NCBI RefSeq assembly: GCF_020969955.1 | Contig: NZ_JAHDSX010000012.1 | Location: 1-32,000, forward strand | Length of the DNA: 32,000 bases | Direction: 5' to 3' | DNA from: Allobaculum fili | GTDB lineage: Bacteria > Bacillota_I > Bacilli_A > Erysipelotrichales > Erysipelotrichaceae | Shown: piece by piece, positions 17,811-25,462 of the stretch | Numbering within the stretch: the stretch's first letter is position 1 | Layout: each line of letters opens with the position of its first letter | Notes under the pieces: model-generated | The model's database searches: none | Told to the model about the DNA's origin: nothing | What the model saw: the letters and a program-made list of their open reading frames with translations, nothing else | Position numbers and translations under genes: made by a program

Positions 17811-19046
17811 TTATTCAAACGCAATGCTTAGGGGAAATTTTACCATAAAAAATAAGGGCTTTTCCACATAATGATAAACATCACAGCCCGTATCCATCGC
17901 AAAGAGAACACCTTGATCCGAAGCGATCACCCGATAGAGATCGCGCTCGATAGCCGGGATTTTTCTGGAGATCATGCGCCGGCGAAGATGAAGTCTTCCA
18001 CCGCGCATTTCAATGGTATCCCCGTTTTCCCACGGACGGATGAGCAGGGGGAAATCGTCATCCGAAACCGAGAAAGTTTCCATACGGGTGCCGTGCGTGC
18101 TCAGCTTCATGCCGTACCAGACGTAGTCCATCTCGCAAAGCTGCTGCAGCTGGGCAAGCGAGCCGACATAAAAGGGAAGCGGAGGCGCTTCCTTTTTGCG
18201 CAGACAGATTTTGCCGTCCACGTTCTGAATCCAGAAATTTTCGATTTCCTTTCGCCTGCCGCTTTGAAGCTGTTCGATCAGCTCTTCCATATGGCGTCTG
18301 GAAAAATGATGCTTCACATGCGCAAAGAGCAGCTGATCGAGAAGCAGCCAGCCATCCTCCCTGTTCAGATCGTCCATCGTTACGCCCTGTCCGCTTCGCG
18401 TTTGGGCGTTTTCCTTTCGCCTTTCCAGTTTTCGATTATCGGCTTCCATTTCGCTCAGCCACGCCTGTTTCTGGCTGGCGCTGGCGGGTTCGATTGTTGC
18501 GTGGCGGATCTGATTGCGCCGGTAGTCGTTTTGAAGATTGCTTTCGTCAATTCCGTACGGCAGACGGCGCCGGTCCATTTCCTGCTGAATTTCGGCTTTG
18601 GAATACGCCAGCAGCGGCCGATACAGCCGAAGGCCTTCGTAGTCAGTCCATTCCTGCAGACCGTAATGGCTGACGATGGCGTTTCGCTCCTTTTGCATCA
18701 TCCACGTTTCGATCGAGTCGTCCATATGATGGCCGAGCGCAATCGTGTCCGCTCCCGTCATTCGACAGAGCCGGACAAAAAAGCCGTACCGGTCGGCTCT
18801 GGCCTGCGCCTGAAAATTGCCGGCTTCATGGACGGCCGGATGCAAAATCCACAGGGTTTTCTGGTGCTCGGCCGCAAACTGACGAACGATCGCCTCATCG
18901 CGCGAAGCACTGGGGCGATGGTGATAGTTCACGTGGGCAATAAAGTAGGGGACATGGCGGGATTCGAGAAACCAGAGCAGGGCCATGGAATCCGGACCGC
19001 CGCTGACGGCTGCACAGATCATGGCTTTATTGTAGCGAGTGCCCAA
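17811..19046 (-). CDS. tilS: tRNA(Ile)-lysidine synthetase
   Basis: PP-loop AAVSGGPDSMAL near the N-terminus, 411 aa. The ORF-track start at 19046 is a TTG. An ATG at 19022 (MICAAVSGG) is equally plausible. Neither has a good SD. Confidence 0.85.
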   Translation of the reverse strand: MGTRYNKAMICAAVSGGPDSMALLWFLESRHVPYFIAHVNYHHRPSASRDEAIVRQFAAEHQKTLWILHPAVHEAGNFQAQARADRYGFFVRLCRMTGADTIALGHHMDDSIETWMMQKERNAIVSHYGLQEWTDYEGLRLYRPLLAYSKAEIQQEMDRRRLPYGIDESNLQNDYRRNQIRHATIEPASASQKQAWLSEMEADNRKLERRKENAQTRSGQGVTMDDLNREDGWLLLDQLLFAHVKHHFSRRHMEELIEQLQSGRRKEIENFWIQNVDGKICLRKKEAPPLPFYVGSLAQLQQLCEMDYVWYGMKLSTHGTRMETFSVSDDDFPLLIRPWENGDTIEMRGGRLHLRRRMISRKIPAIERDLYRVIASDQGVLFAMDTGCDVYHYVEKPLFFMVKFPLSIAFE

Positions 19047-19131
19047 AACAATTCACGCAAAAACGGACCTTCGCTTCGCTCCGACCAAAAAGCCGGTGCC
19101 AAAGACACAAAGGTCCGAAAGGGAAAACGGC

Positions 19132-19338
19132 TTAAAAATAAGTCCCGTACATTAAGGAGAAAACGGCCTGTGTACTCAGCCACGCCAGGCCAAGCGAGCA
19201 GAGAAAGAGCAGAACGATCGGTCGAGAGCCGCTGTTCTTTCGGGCATCCCTGGAAAAATCCAGACTTTGCAGGCCGTAAAAGGCGAGGCAGAAAAACGCC
19301 GCAAAGACGATCATGTACAAAATGCGGCTGCTGTTCAT
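19132..19338 (-). CDS. Small hydrophobic protein, two predicted TM helices, no family recognised
   Basis: 68-aa ORF whose ATG overlaps the ispE stop (minus-strand ATGA at 19338-19335). Two hydrophobic stretches (ILYMIVFAAFFCLAFYGL, IVLLFLCSLGLAWL) are separated by a basic loop. Confidence 0.5.
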   Translation of the reverse strand: MNSSRILYMIVFAAFFCLAFYGLQSLDFSRDARKNSGSRPIVLLFLCSLGLAWLSTQAVFSLMYGTYF

Positions 19339-20183
19339 CGAATCGGTCCTATGTACGCGGGATAGACAAAGGGATAAATTTCCGCGAGATTTTCGCAGGC
19401 TTCTTCCATGACGTCGTCATCGACGCAAAAGCCCATCAGACACGAACCGGAGCCGGTCATCAGAACGCGGACCAGGCCGTTGTCCTGCATCTGTTCCTTC
19501 TGTTCGACCAGTTCGTCGAGCGCTTCAAACGCCTGCGGCTCAAACGCGTTGACCATCGTCTGATACAGCAGACCGATGTCCTTTTTGCGGACCGCATCCG
19601 AAACGATATCGATATCTAAAGCCGAAGACGGGGCGCTTTCAAAGCGTGCGAACGCCTCGGGCGTCGAGATGCCCTTTACGCCCTGTACGAGCAGAACCGG
19701 AATGTGCCAGTCGCTCGCAATTTCCTTTACCTGTTCGCCGGCACCGCCTATGCGAGTAAAGGCGTTGTGCAGGCAGCAGGGAACGTCGGCTCCGACCAGA
19801 AAGCCGAGCCGGTCCATGTCTTCCATGGACAGACCAAGCTGTTCCATGTCGTTGAGCGCCTGAATCAGCGCGGCGGCATCGGCGGAGCCGCCGCCCAGAC
19901 CGGCTTTGTCGGGAATGGACTTGGTCAGGGTAATGACATAGTGATTTTTCAGACCGGCATGCTCGCGAAGAACGGCCAGCGCTTTATGCAGGGTGCTGCT
20001 GCCTGGCAGCTTGAAGCCGACGGCAGAAATGATATCTTCTTCCGTATTGGACGGTTCGATATCGAGTTCATCGTAAAGAGAGACCGGCGCGTTGACCATA
20101 TCCATGATGTGGTAGCCGTCCGTGTCCCGTACGCCGAGAATATCGAGAGCCAGATTGACTTTGGCATAGGCTTTAACTTTCAT
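19335..20183 (-). CDS. ispE: 4-diphosphocytidyl-2-C-methyl-D-erythritol kinase
   Basis: GHMP kinase motif PDKAGLGGGSADAAA, 282 aa. Overlaps the rsmA 3' end by 11 nt. Confidence 0.93.
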   Translation of the reverse strand: MKVKAYAKVNLALDILGVRDTDGYHIMDMVNAPVSLYDELDIEPSNTEEDIISAVGFKLPGSSTLHKALAVLREHAGLKNHYVITLTKSIPDKAGLGGGSADAAALIQALNDMEQLGLSMEDMDRLGFLVGADVPCCLHNAFTRIGGAGEQVKEIASDWHIPVLLVQGVKGISTPEAFARFESAPSSALDIDIVSDAVRKKDIGLLYQTMVNAFEPQAFEALDELVEQKEQMQDNGLVRVLMTGSGSCLMGFCVDDDVMEEACENLAEIYPFVYPAYIGPIR

Positions 20184-21027
20184 AATTCACCTTAAACAGG
20201 CGGATGAAATCATCCACGCTCAGCTGCTGGGCCCTGGTCTGCAGGGGAATGCCGGCTTTTTCCAGCATGGCCTGCGCTTTGGCTTTGTCTTCGGTCCAGC
20301 CTTGAAGATTGTTATAGATGGTTTTGCGGCGCTGCGTAAAGCAGGCTTTGACCATCGAAAAGAAGCACGCTTCATCTTCTACGGGATGTTCGTTTCGAAA
20401 CCGAAACTGCAGCACCGTACTGCCGACATTGGGGGACGGCCAGAAGACGTTGCGGTTGACGTCCATGACTTTGCGGATCGTGCAGCGATACTGCGTGATG
20501 ACGGAAAGCGCGTTGTAGGACGCCGATCCGGCGGTAGCCGCAAAGCGGTCGGCGACTTCCTTTTGCATCATGACGGTAATGGCGGCGATCGGCTCGGTCG
20601 CTTCAAACAGCTTGAAGAGAATCGGTGTTGTTACGTAGTACGGAAGATTGGAAGCAAAGCGGACGGGCAGTCCTTCTTTGGCAAACGGCGCCAGAAGCAC
20701 ATTGACATCCACATTCAGAAAATCTTCCTGAATGATTTCGAGATGATCGCTGCCGATTTCTTCTTTTAAAATGGGCGGAAAGCGCGGATCGATTTCAAAC
20801 GCGATGACTTTTTCGTTGTCTTCGCAAAGATACTGGGTCAGGGCGCCAATGCCCGGACCGATTTCGATCATGACGCCTTTTCCGTCGCCCGAAGCTTCCC
20901 GGGCGATTTTTTCAACGACGCCAGGTTCGACGATGAAGTTCTGGCCAAAGCTCTTTTTCGTCTGCGCGTTCCACTTTTCCTGGATTTCGCGCGTCCGGCT
21001 TTTGGTAGCAATTGGACGATCGATCAT
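20173..21027 (-). CDS. rsmA: 16S rRNA (adenine1518/1519-N6)-dimethyltransferase
   Basis: N-terminal KKSFGQNF, SAM motif IEIGPGIGALT, then NLPYYVTTPI. 284 aa. ATGA overlap with rnmV. Confidence 0.95.
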   Translation of the reverse strand: MIDRPIATKSRTREIQEKWNAQTKKSFGQNFIVEPGVVEKIAREASGDGKGVMIEIGPGIGALTQYLCEDNEKVIAFEIDPRFPPILKEEIGSDHLEIIQEDFLNVDVNVLLAPFAKEGLPVRFASNLPYYVTTPILFKLFEATEPIAAITVMMQKEVADRFAATAGSASYNALSVITQYRCTIRKVMDVNRNVFWPSPNVGSTVLQFRFRNEHPVEDEACFFSMVKACFTQRRKTIYNNLQGWTEDKAKAQAMLEKAGIPLQTRAQQLSVDDFIRLFKVNYES

Positions 21028-21536
21028 AAAACCTCCTCAATCTGCGTACGGGTGACGCCCATCGCGTTCAGCCGCTTGAAGCACGTTTTCGCGTTGCAGG
21101 GGCCGATGCGGAAACGATCGCAGACTTGTTTTCGAAAGGCGGCGTCGCCTGTCAGGCCCAGATCGAGAAAATCGTTCCAGGAAAGGGTGGACAGACGCTC
21201 GTCGTACGAAATGAGATGCGAAAGGCTTTCGGCGAGATCTTCGTATTCGGCATGCTCGACGCCGACTTTCTTGTCGGTTTTGGCTTTGTCGCGATCGATA
21301 TAGGCGTGTTTCACGCCGGGAATTTTGCGGGAAATGATGCTGCGGATGTGTTCGCCCGAGCGGTCGGGGTCGGTAAAGACGATGACGCCGCGGCTTTTCT
21401 GCGCCGCCGCGATCCGATCGAGAATCTGACCGGTGACATGACTGCCGCACGTTTCGATCGTGTCGCAGTCAAAGAAGGTTTTCAGCCTTCGCGTATCGCT
21501 GCGTCCTTCCACGACAATGACTTCATGAATGTGCAT
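21024..21536 (-). CDS. rnmV: Ribonuclease M5 (Toprim domain)
   Basis: Starts VIVVEGRSD, later VFTDPDRSGEHIR. I take the start at the ATG at 21536, which has RBS aaaggag. The 22-codon upstream extension lacks an SD. Confidence 0.9.
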   Translation of the reverse strand: MHIHEVIVVEGRSDTRRLKTFFDCDTIETCGSHVTGQILDRIAAAQKSRGVIVFTDPDRSGEHIRSIISRKIPGVKHAYIDRDKAKTDKKVGVEHAEYEDLAESLSHLISYDERLSTLSWNDFLDLGLTGDAAFRKQVCDRFRIGPCNAKTCFKRLNAMGVTRTQIEEVL

Positions 21537-21692
21537 GGACACACTCCTTTCCAGGAAAGAAAAAGATTCGAAAAAGAAATACGTAAAAGCGATTCGTTCC
21601 AATGAACCGAAAAGCGATTCCGAACGAAACGTCCTCCCGTATAAAAAGCATAAAAGATAAAAACGCGTAAAAGAATCAGGAGGCAGGAAGAG

Positions 21693-21720
21693 ACAAAAAG
21701 CCAGGGAGAGATCCCCTGGA
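21693..21720 (-). terminator. yitT-family gene terminator
   Basis: Minus strand reads ccaggg-gatctct-ccctgg, followed by ctttttgt. Located ~22 nt after the stop at 21742. Confidence 0.55.
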
Positions 21721-21741
21721 ATTGTCTTCTGGAGTACAGAC

Positions 21742-22728
21742 TCAGGCTTTTGGCTTGGCGGAACTGGCCTTGGCGAGTTCAGCGGCCGTTCCGGACTGCG
21801 TTGTACCTTCCGGCTTTTTCTGATGATGGAGCAGTCCGGGATTTTTCTGGGGATTGTCGCTCCACGTAAAGCCTTCGCCGCGGACTTCGTGAACGGAGTT
21901 GGCGATCACAAAGGCGTGCGGATCGATGTCCGCGATTTCCCGCAGCAGCTGGCCGTATTCACGGTTGCGTACGCAGCACATCAGAACCGGGCGCTCCTGT
22001 TCGGACCAGGCCCCCTTGGCGGAAAGAATGGTTACGCCGCGGCTGAGGGTATTGAGCAGGAACGTCTGGATTTCTTTATGCTTATCGGAAATGATCATGA
22101 CATTCTGCGCGTTTTCACCGCCGAACGTCGAAATCCAGTTGATCGCAAAGGAAGACGCAAAGACAGCGGCCAGACCAATGAGGATGGAATTCAGACCGAA
22201 AATCCAGAGACCGGAAAGAATGGTCAGCGTATCAACGATCATGACGCACTGGCCGGTCGGCAGACCGGCGTACTTGTGGATTAAAAGCGCGGGAATGTCC
22301 ATGCCGCCCGTACTGGCATTGACACGAAAGACCAGACCGAGGCCGGCACCGGTCAGCAGACCGGCATAGACGGCGGAAAGGACGGGGTCCACTTTTTCAA
22401 AGGGCGTCACATCCAGCATGGAAAAAAGCGAGACGAGCGTCGGGTAAAGAAATGTGGAAATGAGCGAACTTGCCGCGAATTTTCTGCCCAGACAAAGATA
22501 GCCCAGAACGAACAGGGAAATGTTCAGAATGGCAATCATGGGCACGCGTCCAATCGGCAGAAAAGAAGAGAGAACCATGGACGCGGTCGTTACGCCGCCG
22601 CACAAAATGTTCTGCGGCAGAATAAAAAAGACCGAAGCAAAGGCCACCAGCAGGTTGCCGGCGATGATCAGAAGCAGGCGGCGCATATTGGAAGCATTAA
22701 AATTAAAATAGGAACGAAACGTTTTCAT
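21742..22728 (-). CDS. YitT-family membrane protein with C-terminal DUF2179 domain
   Basis: 328 aa with ~5-6 TM helices. The soluble C-terminal domain TILSAKGAWSEQERPVLMCCVRNREYGQLLREIADIDPHAFVI is typical of YitT/DUF2179. A Lys/Ala-rich tail follows. Confidence 0.8.
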   Translation of the reverse strand: MKTFRSYFNFNASNMRRLLLIIAGNLLVAFASVFFILPQNILCGGVTTASMVLSSFLPIGRVPMIAILNISLFVLGYLCLGRKFAASSLISTFLYPTLVSLFSMLDVTPFEKVDPVLSAVYAGLLTGAGLGLVFRVNASTGGMDIPALLIHKYAGLPTGQCVMIVDTLTILSGLWIFGLNSILIGLAAVFASSFAINWISTFGGENAQNVMIISDKHKEIQTFLLNTLSRGVTILSAKGAWSEQERPVLMCCVRNREYGQLLREIADIDPHAFVIANSVHEVRGEGFTWSDNPQKNPGLLHHQKKPEGTTQSGTAAELAKASSAKPKA

Positions 22729-23013
22729 AGATCACACCTTCTGTTTAGTATATCATGCACGCCTGCGCCACAATCTGTGCGCGCGACGCGCACAGAAAAT
22801 AAAATCCGGCTTTGCATGGCGAAAAGAAATCCCGTGCGTGTCCGGTACCATAAGACTGTATTCCAAGGAAAAACGGTGACAGGAAGCCGCAGAGTCTTCA
22901 GAATAAATGCGCAAAATGCGCGCATGAATAAATTTATATTGCGTAAAAATAGATTTTAGTATAAAAGAAAAACAGCCGACCCATTCGGTTCGGCAGAAAG
23001 CGAGGGTCATAAG

Positions 23014-25458
23014 ATGAACTTTGAACCCAGCACGACATGGATTGCCCCTTCGGCGCTCCATCTCAGCCTCTATCGAAAAATCATTGAAGAAAACGGAAGC
23101 TGCCTCAATCAGAACGTCATGACGCTCGACACCTGGCTTGCCCAGTCGCTGTCCCGTCCCCGCACGCCTCTGATCCGGCTTCTTTACGAATACAGCGCAA
23201 GGCTGGACGATCTGTCGCCCGACAACCTGTTTTATGCCTCCCGCAGAGATTATGACTTTCTTCGCGAATGCGAAAACTTCATGCTTCTCTGTCAGCTTTA
23301 CGATCTCAAGGACTTTCCCGTCCGAACGCGCCGCGAAAAGGATCTGAAGGAAATTATCGACCGGCTCATGCCCGTAAAACTGTGGGTAGACCAGGCGAAA
23401 ACCCAGGCGTTTGAAGGCGCTTCAAGTCTGCGCATTCTCCTTACGGAAAGCACGCTCATTGACCGGTACTGGATCCGGCTTCTGGTTTCCAAAGGCGCGC
23501 ACGTTGAAAAAATGCGTCATCATAAGCGGTTTTACTACTGGTCGTGTTCGAATGCGCGCAAGGAAATGGAAGTGTGCGCGGATGCGATCGTCCGCAATAA
23601 ACTGGATGCTTCGACGTGCATGATCGCACTGGCCGATCCCGAACAGCGCTGGGTGCTGGCCAGAGCACTCGAATCGCGCGGCATTCCGTTTACCTTTATT
23701 CAAAATGACGGTTCGCGAAAAATTGTCGATCAGTGGAAAAGCGCGCTGACCTGGGTCATGAAAAAGGATGACGAATCCCTCATGGCGCTTCTGGAGACGC
23801 TCTATCCGATGGCCGCCTGCGATCTGCGCCGCTATTTGCGCCTCTTTGGAAACGAGGGGACGACGCTGCAGAGTCTTACATGGCGTCCCAACGCGCTGAT
23901 CAGCGAAGAAACGTTTCTTTCTCTGCAGGCGCTTGAAGTCAGCGCCTCCCAGTGGAAGCCAGTTCTCGAATCGCTGCAGGCGCTCGATCTGAACTCCATC
24001 GACACCATCGGCCGTCTGATCATGGACCAGTCCCCGGATCCCAGTCCGGACGATCTCAACGCCTTTGAAGGCGTCATGAATCTGATTACCGCAGTACGCA
24101 GCGAACTGCATAAGCCCGAAGATCTCGCCCTTCTCATTCGCGAACTCGATAATCTGCAGCCTTCGCAGGCCATGAGCGAACTCAACGGGGTTCTGATCGG
24201 TTCGCGCGCGCAGATTTGCGGACTGTACGAAAACGTATTTTATATCGGAGCCGACGCAGCGCATTTCCCAGGCTCGCAGGTGCGCGGCGGCATCTTTGAT
24301 GAAGCGTACATGGACCAGCTGAATTTCCCTTCGCTCGAGACACGCACGCAGGAGCATTTTGAAATGCTTACGCAGGTTCTCGAAGAGCCGGAAAGCCTGT
24401 TTCTGATGACGGCGCAGTCCGATTATATGGGAAAAAGCATCGATACGAGCCATGAGCTCAATACGTGGCTCGGTCTGCTGCCCAAGTTCATGGCGCCGGC
24501 GGAGCCGATTTCCGATCCCCGGCCGTCCTTTACGTTAAAGGGCATGCACGCGTCTTCGCTGTTTGCTTCCCAGGACGGCATTTTGCAGACTAGACCGCGC
24601 TCGCTGGCCGCCTTTGAAGACTGCGCTCTCAAAAACATGCTCCAGTACGGGCTCCGTCTGAAAAAACCGCCGACGGAGCGGGATCTGTTTAAGGTCAGCT
24701 CGGATCTGCTCGTACGCATGGTCGAAGAGGCCGGAAGCCGCTTTGGCGTTTCGTGCGATCAGCTGAGCCGCGAGCAGATTGAAACGCTGCTTACCGACGA
24801 ATTTTCCTTTGCGCGCGAACTGTTTGCCGAGCGCCGCAAGAGTGAACTCGATGCGCTGTATGCGCAGAGTCTTCTTCGCATGGAGCGGATTTTCCATTCG
24901 CTCAAGCCGCTGAGCGCCATGAAACTGACGATGGTGCCCGGCAGTCCGGATGTGCAGATGAAGGAAGAGTATGACGGTCTGGCGATGAATATCGAAGGCC
25001 CGATTGCCTCTTCGTCCAGAAACCGGGCGGTGTTCAATCTGGTCGATACCGAGCCGTCGCCCTTTGTTTCCGATTCGCTGCCGCAGGCGACGATCAATCT
25101 GTCCATGCAGCCTTCGGCCATGCCGCAAAAAGCGTTCGCTCTGCGCTACGGCCGCGGCGCTTCGCCGGTTCTTGCCGAATCCATCGGAACGCAGGAAGCC
25201 CTGATAGACGGCCAGCGCGATCATCTGCGCCATGCGCTCGTCGCTCAGAATTTTGGCGAGGACGCTCAGGGCATGCGCGCCGAACTGGCAGGCCGCGTAC
25301 CGACGTATGTGAGCACGCAGGAAAAACTGAGTTCGCAGGCCGAACAGCTGGCCGACAGCCTGCAGAAAAACGACATTCAGCCGTATCATCGTCCGGCAGC
25401 CTGTCAGCACTGCCCGTACAAAACGATCTGCCGCAACGCGGCTCAGGAAAAGGAGTAA
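23014..25458 (+). CDS. addB: AddB/RexB-like subunit of the AddAB helicase-nuclease (short, apparently degenerate form)
   Basis: 814-aa ORF ending 4 nt before addA. Helicase-like core VLIGSRAQICGLYENVFYIGADAAHFPG. Cys pattern C(~540)...CQHCPYKTIC at the C-terminus fits the AddB Fe-S staple. RBS gaggg. Confidence 0.7.
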   Translation: MNFEPSTTWIAPSALHLSLYRKIIEENGSCLNQNVMTLDTWLAQSLSRPRTPLIRLLYEYSARLDDLSPDNLFYASRRDYDFLRECENFMLLCQLYDLKDFPVRTRREKDLKEIIDRLMPVKLWVDQAKTQAFEGASSLRILLTESTLIDRYWIRLLVSKGAHVEKMRHHKRFYYWSCSNARKEMEVCADAIVRNKLDASTCMIALADPEQRWVLARALESRGIPFTFIQNDGSRKIVDQWKSALTWVMKKDDESLMALLETLYPMAACDLRRYLRLFGNEGTTLQSLTWRPNALISEETFLSLQALEVSASQWKPVLESLQALDLNSIDTIGRLIMDQSPDPSPDDLNAFEGVMNLITAVRSELHKPEDLALLIRELDNLQPSQAMSELNGVLIGSRAQICGLYENVFYIGADAAHFPGSQVRGGIFDEAYMDQLNFPSLETRTQEHFEMLTQVLEEPESLFLMTAQSDYMGKSIDTSHELNTWLGLLPKFMAPAEPISDPRPSFTLKGMHASSLFASQDGILQTRPRSLAAFEDCALKNMLQYGLRLKKPPTERDLFKVSSDLLVRMVEEAGSRFGVSCDQLSREQIETLLTDEFSFARELFAERRKSELDALYAQSLLRMERIFHSLKPLSAMKLTMVPGSPDVQMKEEYDGLAMNIEGPIASSSRNRAVFNLVDTEPSPFVSDSLPQATINLSMQPSAMPQKAFALRYGRGASPVLAESIGTQEALIDGQRDHLRHALVAQNFGEDAQGMRAELAGRVPTYVSTQEKLSSQAEQLADSLQKNDIQPYHRPAACQHCPYKTICRNAAQEKE

Positions 25459-25462
25459 CGCC

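Noticed and set aside
17871-19619. 582-aa + strand ORF spanning the antisense of tilS, the small ORF and ispE
   Set aside because: It is in phase with tilS and ispE codons, crosses intergenic DNA, and has no motifs. It is a product of codon bias (avoidance of TTA/CTA/TCA).
21537-21602. 22-codon extension upstream of rnmV
   Set aside because: It has no SD. The ATG at 21536 has aaaggag at the correct spacing, and RNase M5 homologues start right before the VVEG(K/R)SD motif.
23422-24453. 343-aa minus-strand ORF inside addB
   Set aside because: It is in phase with addB codons, with no start context or motifs.
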